Assembly (NCBI RefSeq): GCF_006345805.1
Contig: NC_043001.1
Location: 33,914,001 to 33,978,000 of the forward strand
Direction: 5' to 3'
DNA from: Octopus sinensis
Taxonomy: Eukaryota
Length of the DNA: 64,000 nt
Positions 39,431-52,074 of the stretch are shown piece by piece. Below the pieces are notes generated by a model that saw only the letters and a program-made list of their open reading frames with translations, did not search any database and was not told the DNA's origin. Each line of letters begins with the position of its first letter. Within the stretch, counting starts at the first letter, position 1. Both the position numbers and the translations under genes were made by a program.

Positions 39431-39765
39431 GTATGTATGTATATATATATATAACTATAAATAAGGGTATCTAAAAACCACCTTAAATGTGAACATTTAA
39501 GGTGGTTTTTAGAGTCAGGGATTTGACTGCTATTTCGGCATGGTGATGTCTCTCAGATACCCTTATTTATAGTTGTAAAAAAATTATTACCTTTGTATGG
39601 TATTTATTCCCATGCTGGCCACTTGATAATATGAAAATTTAAATATTGATATTATCCTTATTTATAAATTTATATATATATGTATATACACAGACACACA
39701 TGTATATATGTATGCATAAAGAGATGTATATATAGATACAATAGATATATTCATGTATATATATT

Positions 39766-39799
<34 letters not shown>

Positions 39800-39804
39800 A
39801 TATA

Positions 39805-40030
39805 TCATCATCATCATCATCATCATCGTTTAACGTCCGCTTTCCATGCTAGCATGGGTTGGACAGTTCAACTGGGGTCTGGCAAGCCCGAAGGCTGCAC
39901 CAGGCCAGTCAGATATGGCAGTGTTTCTACAGCTGGATGCCCTTCCTAACGCCAACCACTCCGAGAGTGTAGTGGGTGATTTTATGTGCCACCGACACAG
40001 GTGCCAGACGAGGCTGGCAGACGGCCACGC
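39805..40030 (-). mobile_element. Young RTE-type 3' tail
   Basis: (CAT)n then cgtttaacgtccgctttccatgctagcatgggttggac...; CpGs intact. Confidence 0.85.
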
Positions 40031-40055
40031 TCGGATGGTGTTTTTATATATACAC

Positions 40056-40086
<31 letters not shown>

Positions 40087-40138
40087 TATATATATACATA
40101 TATATATAGACATACACAAATTCACACATACATACACA

Positions 40139-40199
<61 letters not shown>

Positions 40200-40360
40200 G
40201 AGTCTAAGCATTTGTGGGTGTGTACATGTAGATGCAAGCATGGTGTCCGGTTAAGAAGTTTGCTTCTCATCCACATGGCTTAAGGTTTAGTCCTACCTGT
40301 TTAGATATATAGTAGTGAAATTTCTAAAAATATTCGCTACCCTATATATTTCACATGTCT

Positions 40361-40417
<57 letters not shown>

Positions 40418-40464
40418 GATAACAATTATTCTAGGATGGAATTTATAAATATTTAATATTTTAG

Positions 40465-40598
40465 AAAAAAAGTGGAAATTTTACCGGTGAGTGTGTTACA
40501 TTATAAGGCACAAAAAGAAAATGACTCTCCCCAGACACAACAGAATATGCTTCAATACACGAACTCATATAAAGAATCTTGCAAACCAAATCCAAAAA
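40465..40598. mobile_element. Copy of the repeat that forms the 41568-41790 palindrome
   Basis: Near-identical to 41663-41790. Confidence 0.85.
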
Positions 40599-41040
40599 CG
40601 TAATAATATTTAAGATATATATATATATGCATTTATATATATATGCATATATATATATATGCATTTATGAATCTGTGTGTGTGTTTTTGTGTTTGTGCAT
40701 GTGTGTGTGAACTTGTGTCTCAAATTAGTTATAAGTGAGAATCACTGTCCAAAATAGATAATTACATTTGTTGAGAAAACAGTATAAAATGACATTATTC
40801 CTTTCCCTATCAAACTACTTTCGGCAGCAGTTCTTTCTTTGTTTACTAATGCGATAACCATCATCAGATGAAGATGGCAAGCTAACTTCTTCATGCCAAC
40901 TGGCCTTCTATGACGTTAGAATTTTTCTTTTTTCTATAAATATTGTCAAGTAATGTCATTCATTTCCAATCTTCCATGCAAACATGCCCAGCCATGGGGA
41001 AATATTACCACGCTTGCATGGGTCAGACAGATCTCATTAA

Positions 41041-42042
41041 CCCTCTTGCATTTAAACTGGTTGTATCCAGACCAAATATTCTTCTTGTTTTCTGCTGAAA
41101 CCAGGCAAATTCAGCTTTCATCCTACCCTACAATGTCATTCTAAAAATACACAATCACGACATAAAAATTTCAAAGTTACAAGATAATGCATGTGTAGCA
41201 GAAGCATGCTTACTCTTTACCTTTAGGTATCTACATTTTGCCTCTTTACCTTTAGCTACTCATTGCATGATGGTCAAATCTATTTCGCTTTACATGTGCT
41301 GTTCACTCCTTAATGTGATAAACTAGACAAGCATCCATACATCAGCTATTTAGGGGAAGCTTTTCCCCACTAATTCCAAAATGTGGTAGGTCACATTGAG
41401 CAATTTTGGATCTTTGGCATGAGAGCAGTATTATTCTGCTTTACAGCTTCAGTGAGGAGAGAACTGCAGCAGAATTCCTTGATGCCCTGCTTTGTGTTTT
41501 TCCAGCGGTCATCTTCATCTTCAAGAATCACTTTGAAACTATGTATTTTATTCAACTGATTTATTCATGTTGTGTCTGGGGAGAGTCATTTTCTTTTTGT
41601 GCCTTATAATGTAACACACTCACCAGTAAAATTTCCACTTATTTCTTATTTTTATTTTCCTAAAATTTTACCGGTGAGTGTGTTACATTATAAGGCACAA
41701 AAAGAAAAAGTCTCTCCCCAGACACAACAGAATATGCTTCACCACACGAACTCATATAAAGAATCTTGCAAACCAAATCCAAAAACCAAATAGATTTATT
41801 CATGTTATATCAGTTGCTTTATTTCCTTTTAGTATTGGAATAAATGTTGCAGTCAACTTTAACTTGTCCTTGTTATTACTTGATGTTCGTTATCCCGACT
41901 CTTATTAACCCAGAAGATATTGTATTACCAGAGCTGTTAGCCACATTGCATCATTTACCAACCATGTTATAAAGATGATTAATTCAAAATAATATGAATG
42001 AATAAGTATTACATTTGACACAGTAATCTGAATCCTAAAGAG
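41041..42042. mobile_element. piggyBac-like MITE split by an insertion
   Basis: TTAA|CCCT at 41037-41044; right end gtaatctgaatcctaaagag|ctaa; the halves abut at ...ataatgcatg / gatgattaattc. Confidence 0.55.
41194..41973 (+). mobile_element. Probable second solo LTR, interrupted by the palindromic repeat
   Basis: Starts TGTAGCAGA like 12838; AATAAA near 41838 followed by a T-rich U5-like tract; flanks catg/gatg; right terminus decayed. Confidence 0.4.
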
Positions 42043-42199
42043 CTAAGACAAATTTTCTACAGCTTGGTGCCCTTCAAATTGCCAAACCTCACAGAGTGAG
42101 AAGTGGAAGTGATAAAAGCATGAATGATAATGCTGAAGGGGAAGAAGTGATGCAAGTACTCAGTATTATGAGATAGGTATGTATATTGAAAGCAATAAG

Positions 42200-42510
42200 C
42201 AATGCTATGCGGGCCTTGCCCCATGTTGCTCTACCAGCATAGTCTGGGCAAGGTTGTTTATGGAGGAACAGCAGTCGCCCATGAATATTAGCCTCCTCTC
42301 TTCACACCACTGATGTTATCTAAGGCAATGGCAAAAGTCGGTACAGCTTGGCACCAGTAATGTTGCAGCTCATTTCTACTGCAGAGTCAACTGGAGCAAT
42401 GTGAAAACAAAGTGTCTTGCTCAAGAACACAGCACACAGCCCAGTCTGGGAGTCAAACTCATTACCTCATGATTGAGAGTCCAATACTCTAACCACTGAG
42501 CCATGTACCT
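42200..42510 (-). mobile_element. tRNA-derived SINE, third type
   Basis: Reverse tRNA-like head (gctcagtggttagagtattgg...gagtttgactcc) plus gtgttcttgagcaagacact core. Confidence 0.7.
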
Positions 42511-43282
42511 TAAGAATACTAATGCAAAACAAAACGATGGGGGTTTTTTATGAAGTTACAAGACTATTTATATTAAGAAAACTTATAAATAAGATATTGT
42601 GACAATCAAGCCTTTTACAAGAAGTTTAAACAAAGTAATGAAGGGAAAGGGCTTCCGCTAGGGATTAGAAGCTAGTCATGGTCAAAGGCTCACAGTGAGT
42701 TTATTTCTAGTTTTACAGCATACAGCCTTCACTTGGACCTTCAAGCCCTAATGTCCCATTGTGAGGTACAGTATGTTATAGATATCTATCTGTACCTGGG
42801 AAAACCAATCCTTTACTGGTTTCAATATACCTGATCTCCTTCAGAAAGAGAGAGTGAGAGGAAACCAGAGAGAGTGTGGGGAGAGGGGGAGGAAGAGAGA
42901 AGAATCAATCCTAGTTCTAGACTGATATTTAGTCTATTGACACTTAAATGCTCATGGTTTAATATTCCATCTGATAGTGATCATATAGAGTCTAACCTTA
43001 CTCTCCATATACACATATTTTCAATTCCACACATAAGTGCTACTCCTATCATACTACAATTTGATATTTTCTCTGATATTTTTACTAAAATCGTTTATAT
43101 TTTTTCTGGTATTTTTCTTGTTTTCCAATATTTTCTAACATTGTTTATATTTTAATATTTTGACATTGCTCAATATTTTGATATTTATTATATTTGTTTA
43201 TATTTTTGATGTCACATGTTTTATATCTAACATTGGAATACTTATATTTATACATGTTTCTTCATATATATCTCTTTTACAT

Positions 43283-43497
43283 TTTTACTCTTTTACATGT
43301 TTCAGTTATTTGACTGCGGTCATGCTGGAGCACCACTTTTAGTCAAAAAAACTGACCCCAGGACTTATTGTTTGTAAGTCTAGGACTTATTCTATTGGTT
43401 TCTTTTGCCAAACCACTAAGTTTCAGGAACATAAACACACCAGCATCTGTTGTCAAACGATGGTGGGGGAGACAAAGACATGCATACATAAATATAT

Positions 43498-43539
<42 letters not shown>

Positions 43540-43757
43540 AGAGCTTACGAAAAAAACAACAAAAGATGAAGACATGTGGTGTACAAAACAAAGAGATGTA
43601 TTAGTATAACTCTCAGGAATAGAAAAAGTATTTTACATTTCGAGCCTATGCTCTTCTACAGAAAGGGACACAGAAAACAAGGAGAGAAAAAAATGTGTGT
43701 AGTGGCTAACGATCTATCATGGCGTCTGATATATATATACATATATATACACACACA

Positions 43758-43800
<43 letters not shown>

Positions 43801-43940
43801 GTAGGCTTCTTTTAGTTTCCATCTACCAAATCCACTCACAAGGCTTTGGTTAGCCTGAGACTATAGTAGAAGACACTTGCCCAAGGTGCCACACAGTGGG
43901 ACTGAACCCAGAACCGTGTGGTTGGGAAGTAAGCTTCTTT
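43283..43940 (-). mobile_element. tRNA-SINE, full length, with a Penelope-type repeat in its central (TA)n
   Basis: Body 43283-43475 and head 43800-43940 match 268-672. Confidence 0.8.
43535..43735 (-). mobile_element. Penelope-like terminal repeat, family 1, hammerhead variant at 43628-43666
   Basis: Reverse strand cttt CTGTAGA A GAGC atag GCTC GAAA tgta aaa. Confidence 0.65.
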
Positions 43941-44519
43941 ATTTCAATATTTTTGCCATAAAGGCATTACATAGGGGGGACACTACAACACATGTGGGGA
44001 TATATAACAATTAAAAATATATAAAAATAAAATATGATATTATCAATGACACATGAAAATGAACATGGAAAACAAATTAAAATTATGATAACATGCGTGA
44101 TAGTTGAAAATGAAAATATGAAGAGTGTGCTACTCACCCCACACTGAGCAACACCACTCGCCACCTCTGAGTCCTAATTTACTTTTAGTCTCTGCTCCAG
44201 TTCCGCTATCGCTCCATGACTGCACTCTCTCATAACCTTTTTCACATATGTTGACTGGTGATACAGTATGGACAGATTTTCGAAATCCAATGAATCTTTA
44301 TACAGTTATACAGTTACGAAATTTTACAAATACACTTTCTCATGGAGATATGATATACCTATTATAATGGGTAATACTACATGTACTTTTCATATTTTGG
44401 ATCTTTTCACTTTGACCGGCAGATTTTTAAAATATCTTCTTTGTAACTAAACACTTTTAAACTTCGTATACTGGTAGTGTGTTACATAAAACATCTTTTT
44501 CTCTTGGCTTTCTTGAGAA

Positions 44520-45010
44520 AATTCTGTAGTTTGTAAGCTTCGCAGCATTACTCAAGAAACAGGAAGAAAGAGTGAGAGGAAGTTGGGGCGAAAGAATACA
44601 ACAGGGGTCGCCACCACCCCCTGCTGGAGCTTCGTGGAGCTTTAGGTGTTTTCACTCAATAAACACACACAACGCCCGATCTGGGAATCAAAACCACGAT
44701 CCTCCAACCGTGAGTCTGCTGCCCTAACCACTGGGCCATTGCAACTCCATAAAAAATAAATCTGCCATTTTAAAGCCTAGCCAGGCTCATGGGCCTGGTT
44801 TCCCAGTTTCAATGGCGTATGTGCTCCCTAGCTGGACAGGACGCCAGTCCATTGCAGCATTATTCATTTTTGCCTGTTGAGTGGGCTGGAGCAATGTGAA
44901 ATGAAGTGTTTTACTCAAGAACACAATGTGTCGTCCGGTCCAGGAATCGAAACCACAATCTTACAATCATGATGCTGACACACTAACCACTAAGCCAAGC
45001 GCCTCCACAC
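44520..45010 (-). mobile_element. Two adjacent tRNA-SINEs
   Basis: Two reverse tRNA-like heads (ending ~44745 and ~45000); the second matches the plus copy at 46878-47100. Confidence 0.75.
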
Positions 45011-46644
45011 AATATATATTATTTAAATAATAATCAACACATGCACAGATGAAAAACTGAGCAAAAGATAAGGTAATGAATTTTTGAAAACAAAAACAGA
45101 CAAAACTATCCCAGTACATGCAGCTGAATATTATATAAAAAATATATTGCTATGACTGTGAATAATACTCTTGAGTATTAAATATAGTCTGTATATAATA
45201 ACTTACATAAAATGTGTTATTTAAATAATAATCAGCATGTGTGTAGACAAGGAAAGTGACCATTTCAGACCAAGCCAAGCCAAAATTAATTAATTTAAAA
45301 TAAAACCAATGGTGTTTAAAAACAGATTAGTTATGTTCAAAACTATTTTTTTTTTAAACTTAAGCAACAAAAAAACACATTCAGAGTTAGGGTCTATAGT
45401 GAATAATGTAATGTGAGTTTAATTTGGAATCATATGAAAATAATCAGCAGCATAGCTAGGCAGAGTGATGGTGAGGAGCAAGGGGTCAGTCAACTCTGGG
45501 CAACACTTTTATGAGGGCAGCACTTTTGGGTCTGTTGTATAATCCAGTATGAGATGGATGGAGGGAGGACTCAAGGGCTACCCTGAGCAGCACACACACT
45601 CTAGCTATGCCATGGGGAATAATATAAGATGTGGTTCAGAAGCCATGTTCTCAAAAGATTAACTCTGAACTAAAAGGTCTGTCAATCACTTACTAGTGTC
45701 CAAATTAAACACAAAACTAAAAGTGAATGTTTGTAAAGGTGTTACATCAGTACTATATCAAACACAGAATACTATAAAAGAGTCATAGATGACAAAATGA
45801 AGAAATGAAGAAAAATATCACTGCAAGCACATTTGCAAATGTACACAGATTTATAATAAACAGTAATAAGATTCCAATAGTGGAAATAGAACAACTCATA
45901 CATAGAAAGAATGCATACTGAAATTAAAACAAAATAACCTAATATACTTAAAAAGATAACCCACAACAAAACTAATAAGAACCCACAAAAGAAAGAAAAC
46001 AACTAAACAAAAACACAAACAATATATAAACACCTAAAACATAATAAAAATAACAGAACTCATGGTACAACAAACAAGGAAGGAATTGTAGCAAATATAA
46101 ATCAGGCACAAAGAAATGTATTAATATCCAAAATCCAAAATGAAAAAAATTCTTTCTAATTTTGGCACAAATGGAAGGGACAAATCTATTACATTGACCC
46201 CAGTCCTTGACCTGTTCCTATTTTATTGACTCCATAAAGATTAAAGGCAACGTTGACCATGGCAGAATTTGAACTCAGAATGTAGTGCTAATGATGCTGC
46301 TAGTTCTCTGTATTGATGATGATGAAAATCATAGAAGTACCAGTAGAAACATTCAATCAAATACACAGCCAAAACAAATATATATTCTCCACTTCACTCA
46401 TAACAAACTTAATAAAAACATCCATCACAACAGATCAACGAGATTATCACCAATGAGGAACTCAACAATAACAATAAAGAAAATAGAACAAGGGAACATT
46501 ATAAAATCAATTAACTTGGATCAATGTAAAGACCAGCTTAAGCTGTACATGAACAAGCAGCTCAATGAGAGAATAAATAAATGTAAGAGGAGGGCCAGGA
46601 AGAAATTCTGTCCACAGAAACGAAATATTTGAATATCAACATAC

Positions 46645-46802
46645 TGTGTGGCTGTGTGGTAAGAAGCTCACTTCCTGATGACATGGTTCTGGGTTCAGCT
46701 CCATTGTGTGACACCTTGGGCAAATGTCTTGTACTATAGCCTCAGGCTGACCAAAGCTTTGTAAGTGGATTTGGGAGATAGAAACTAAAAGAAGTCCATC
46801 AT

Positions 46803-46855
<53 letters not shown>

Positions 46856-47345
46856 TATATATATATTATATATATAGGGTGTCAGCACTATGATTGTAAG
46901 ATTGTGGTTTCAATTCCTGGACCAGGCAACGGGTTGTGTTCTTGAGCAAAGAACTTCATTTCACGTTGCTCCAGTCCACTTAGCTGGCAAAAATGAGTAA
47001 CGCTGCAATGGACTGGCATCCCGTCCAGCTGGGGAACATATATGCCATAGAAACCGGGAAACCGGGCCCATGAGCCTGGCTAGGCTTTAAAAAGGGCGCA
47101 TTTATTTTATATATATATGAATGTGTGTGTGTAGGTAGGGGGTCACCTACCACTGCTTAACAACCAGTGTTGGTGTGTTTATGTCCTGCAACTTAGCAGT
47201 TCAGCAAAAGAGACCAATAGAGACCAAAGTACCAGGTTTAAAGAAAAAATATATACTGGGGTCGATTCATTTGACTAAAGATTCTTCAAGGCAGTGCCCC
47301 AGCACGGCCACAGTCTAACAACTGAAACAAGTTACAAGTAAAAGA
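46645..47345 (+). mobile_element. tRNA-SINE with another SINE (46878-47100) nested in its (TA)n linker
   Basis: Head 46645-46805, body 47130-47345. Confidence 0.8.
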
Positions 47346-47834
47346 TAAAATATCCTGAATGTAGTAGTGAAGAAAATTGAGCTTGTACCTAATGAACTCA
47401 AACCCTCCTCAGCCACCACCACCAACACCAAGACCAAAATAAGTACCACTTGAACTTGACACAAACTGAGGGATCTATCAGTTGCATAGCTATCACTTGC
47501 AAAGGAAGAGGACTCAGTGATATTTCTTTTGGTGCTTATGTAATTATGAACAAGTACAAACATCCTCTCAGTCTCCTTGACCCAGCACAGCTTCAAGGGT
47601 GTGGCAGATGGAGAGAGAAAGAGAAAAGTCAGCACCAACACCAGGTTTGAACTCTTTTTCAGTGGATTGACTAGATCAATCTGAAAAGGTGTTCCTTGCT
47701 CAAGGACACAACATGGTACTCAGTCCAGGAGTTGAACCCATTATGTTATGTTCATGATCCCAACACCCCAAACATCAGCTGACATACCTTGTTTAACAAA
47801 TGGAAAAGAATGGAAGATAAGTATAAAGTATATC

Positions 47835-47973
47835 GATTACAAATTTTGGTGCAAGGCCAGCAATTTCGGGGGAGGGGATTAGTCGAATACCTCGACCCCA
47901 GTGTTCAAATGGTACTTATTTTATTGACCCCCAAAAGGATGGCAAAAGCAAAGTTGACCTTGGCAGAAATTAT
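47835..47973 (-). mobile_element. 5'-truncated SINE with a 14-bp TSD
   Basis: gtataaagtatatc at 47821-47834 and 47974-47987. Confidence 0.85.
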
Positions 47974-49147
47974 GTATAAAGTATATCAATAAGAAGAGAG
48001 GGTGTTCTGAAAGTGAAAAAAACTACTAAAGCTATTCACAGCAGTAAAAACATACTGATAAAGATGCTTTGCAAAATGATGAGTGTATTTTCCATGAGAA
48101 TAAAATAATGGAATCAGATACCAAAAGATTTTTCAGGAACATTAGTGAAAAACAAAATAACACTGGAGCAGACACTAACACCAGAAATACTTGCATATTA
48201 GTGCAACACACCTGCACACAGGTGGAAAGATCTAGTTGAGATCAGAAGCAGCTTATAACAATAATTATCTTCCATTCCTGGTTCTTCCCAGTCAGGACAA
48301 CAACATTATGATCTTTCTTTTGGTCATTTGAAAATTTGCTTTTGAAACACACCTGTGAGTTCCTCACAGTCTTGGGGAAAAGTTTCCTCTCAGTGCATCT
48401 TAGCTTACCTTTGAGTTCACTTTTTATTTTTCATGTTTATTTTTTTATGTTTTTGCTGTATGAGACAACTTGCCATCCCTCTTCAGTTTTTAGATACTTC
48501 TGGAAGGAGGTCTCAGTCTTCAGGAATGCTAACTTCCTATTACAATTGGTATTTCTCAAGTATAATGAAGCAATGTTGACATTTCAGAGTTTAGGACATT
48601 TTTTACTGGAAAATTCTGATGTGCTTCTGAAGCGTCTTCACTGTAGGATTCTACTAAAATTTCTTGATTAACACAGGAATCTTTACAGAAGTTCTTCATA
48701 GACTCTTGTTACTGCTCATATCAGGAGTTTATCAATTTTTGTTTTCAGAAGAAATCAGAACTAGACAATTAAATATGGATGCTTGGATGCAGGGAATTTG
48801 GCACCGCTGACTGGACATTGACCTGTTTTGGCAACAGTGCTTTTTTGGCACTAGAGGCAAACACACACATACACACATACACACATACACATGTACACGT
48901 GTGCAGAAATATATGCATACAGATGCAAGCATATCCTCTCTTCACCTATGCATCTTTTACTTGCATCAGTCATTAAACTGCAGCCATACAATTAAATGCA
49001 CCTTGAAGAATTTTATTTGAATGACTGCCCTCAACCACCCCAGTACTTATTTTCTATATTGGTCTCTTTTGCTGAACTGCCGGTTATGGGGACATAAACA
49101 CACCAACACCAGTTGTCAAGTGGTGGTGAGGAACAAATACACACACA

Positions 49148-49758
49148 CTAGCCCAGAAAGAATATAAGAAACGCCATGACAATATAGCAAGGATTGTTCA
49201 TTGGACACTTTGCAACAAGTATGGACTTGACAGTGCAAAAGAGTGGTATGAATATAAACCCAAAGGCATCATTGAAAATGATAATGCAAAGATCCTATGG
49301 GATTTTTATGATTCAGTGCGACTAGTGAGAGAGGATAGGAAACTATACATAGTCTTAATTGATAAAGAAAGCAAATGATGTTGAATCATATATATAGCAT
49401 GCCCAGATGACAAGGTATGCAATAAGGAAGAGAGCAAAGTCAATAGATATAACAGGTTAGCTTGGGAGGTAAAGCAGTTATGGTCGCTGAAACAGGTAGT
49501 AGGACTAATAATTGTTGGAGCCCTGGGAACAGTGAGTAGAAATCTTGAAAAGTACATGGAACAAATAAGAGCTGCAATAAGGGTAGAGTACTTGCAGAAA
49601 ACAGCCCTGCTTGGAACCACTCAAATACTCCGGATGGTGCTCAAAAAATAAGGGGTGTTACCTTAGTTCACTGATAGTGAACAGTTGACATCATAGTATA
49701 TCTCCAGCATTAGAAGCTGTGCAAAGACAATATAATGAAAATAATAATAATAATAGTG

Positions 49759-49800
<42 letters not shown>

Positions 49801-49812
49801 ATAATAATAAGA
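49148..49812 (+). mobile_element. R4/Dong non-LTR retrotransposon 3' end with (TAA)n/(TAG)n tail
   Basis: LAQKEYKKRHDNIARIVHWTLCNKYGL..KILWDF..IIVGALGTVSRNLEKY..LQKTALLGTTQILRMVLKK*, stop at 49651. Confidence 0.9.
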
Positions 49813-50944
49813 AGAAGAATCCTTTATTATTTTGGCACAAAGCCAGCAACTTTGAGAGGTGGGAAAGTTGATTACATCATCCTCCAATGCTCAACTGGTA
49901 CATATTTTATTGATTCCAAACAAAGGAAAGGCAAAGTTGACATAAGCAGAATTTGAACTCAGAATGTAAAGACAGACAAAATGCCACTAAGCATTTTTTT
50001 TCCGATGTGCTAATAATGATTCTGTTAGCTTGTCACCTTAATGCCAGCAATAATAATAATAACAATTCTTTCTAATTTTTGGCACAAGGCAAGCCAAAAA
50101 AGCTTGAGGAAAGAAGCAGGTCCATCACATCAACTCCAGCACTTGACTGGTACTTTATTTCTTTGTTGCTGAAAAAATGAAAGGCATAATTAACTTTTAT
50201 GTGGGAGTTGAGCCCAGAATGTATAGAGGCAGAAGAATTACAGTAAGGCATTGTTTCTTTAGCAATTCTTTTCTAGTGATTCTTCAGCATGCCACCATTA
50301 TACAATAATAATAATAATAATGATAATAATAATAATAACTTTCCATTTGTTTCTTTACTTTCCATCTGTTCTTAATATCATCTCCCATCTCACTTGATCT
50401 GGCTCTCACCACCTTTCTCTTATTTCAACTGATTTGTTACAAATTGTGGTTCCCTCTGCTACCTTCAACCCCCAATCTTCACTCTCTTTCTACCTTCGTT
50501 CACCTCATACTCTACCCACTCAAACTGACATTGGCTTTTCCCCCCTTACTCCTCACTCCTCACCGCTCTCTCTCACAACAAAACTCCTTCGCTTTATTCT
50601 ATATTTCATTTGCAGTTTTACGACCAAGGTGTTAAAACTTCTATTTATTCTTTCTCACAGAAGAATGACAGGTGCTGGAAACATTGGATTACTTTACGCC
50701 TCATGGCAAATCACTTCAATGATCTCTTCTATGAACTCTTCTAAGAAACAGCTTTTACAGACCAGCCAAGAATATATTATAATGTTAAAGAAAGAGAATA
50801 TACTAACAGCTTTTTTTGTGTGTGTTTTTGCCATTCTTTGTAAAAACTGATGAAAGTTTTATCTTACTGTAAAAAAAATTGTGAACATTTTTTATTGTCT
50901 ACAATATAAATATATATATATATATATATATAATATATATATAT

Positions 50945-51105
50945 ATGTAGGGAGAGTTTATGAAAAAACAAAAGACAAAGACAGATGGTGTACAAAACAA
51001 ACAGATGTATTAGTATAACACTCAGGAATAGAAAAAGTCTTTTACGTTTCGAGCCTACGCTCTTCTCCAAAAAGGGACACAGAAAAAACAAGGAGAGAAA
51101 CAATA
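50945..51105 (-). mobile_element. Penelope-like terminal repeat, family 1, hammerhead variant at 51037-51074
   Basis: Reverse strand ...GAGAA GAGC gtag GCTC GAAA CGTA aaagac; flanked by (TA)n. Confidence 0.65.
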
Positions 51106-51119
51106 TATGGATATATATA

Positions 51120-51144
51120 TATACATATATGTGTGTGTGTATGG

Positions 51145-51177
<33 letters not shown>

Positions 51178-51305
51178 TGTATGTATGTATGTATGTATGT
51201 ATGTATGTATGTATGTATGTATGTATGTATATATGTATGTATGTATGTAGGTAGGTAGTTAGGTAGGTAGATAGGTAGGTATGTATGTAGGTAGGTCGGT
51301 AGGTA
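51120..51305. repeat. (ATGT)n + (GTAG)n microsatellite
   Basis: Direct reading. Confidence 0.95.
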
Positions 51306-51511
51306 GTAAGAGGTCAGCTAAAATACATATGGTTATGGCACTAGTAACTATTTACTTGAAACAGATGTAAAGATAAGACTTTATTATATCACTTATTCAT
51401 TTATTTATATACTCTACTTTCTATGTGTATGTGCTTCTTATACAAACTTTTATTTATTATGCCTTTTCTGCTTATATTTAACAAGCCAATATGTATGTAC
51501 ATATATGTGTA

Positions 51512-52062
51512 TAATCGAAATCGAATTGAACCAGCGAGGTTCCCTGGTCTGGTGGTACATAAAAAGCACTATCCGACTCGTGGCCGATGCCAGCGCCGCC
51601 TCCACTGGCTTCCGTGCCGGTGGCACGTAAAATACACCAATCTGACCGTACAACAGGCACCCATGCCAACCCCCTTGCTTGCAAAGACATGTTGGGGCAA
51701 GCGAAATCGAAATCGAATTGAACCAGCCAGGATCCCTGGTCTGGTGGTACGTAAAAAGCACCATCCGACTCGTGGCCGATGCCAGCACCGCCTCGTCTGG
51801 CTTCCGTGCCGGTGGCACATAAAATACACCTATCCAACCGTAGCCATTGCCAGCCTCGCCTGGCACCTGTGCAGGTGGCACGTAAAAAGCACCCACTACA
51901 CTCACGGAGTGGTTGGCGTTAGGAAGGGCATCCAGCTGTAGAAACACTGCCAGATAAGACTGGAGCCTGGTGCAGCCTTCTGGCTTCCCAGATCCCCGGT
52001 CGAACCGTCCAACCCATGCTAGCATGGAGAACGGACGTTAAACGATGATGATGATGATGATG
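51512..52062 (+). mobile_element. Young RTE 3' UTR with an internal ~195-bp duplication and (GAT)n tail
   Basis: 51516-51640 repeats at 51710-51835; five ggtgg(c/t)ac(g/a)taaaa modules; CpG-rich. Confidence 0.85.
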
Positions 52063-52074
52063 ATATATACACAC

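Noticed and set aside
48250-48720. Minus-strand coding-like remnant (EEGWQVVSYSKNIKK)
   Set aside because: Possibly a LINE ORF1 relic, but too many stops to classify
50600-50850. Plus-strand exon-like or Harbinger-like segment (ITLRLMANHFNDLFY)
   Set aside because: Strong acceptors but no good donor, and similarity is only a few residues
51423-52025. 172- and 191-aa overlapping ORFs
   Set aside because: Chance frames in GC-richer RTE 3' UTR repeats
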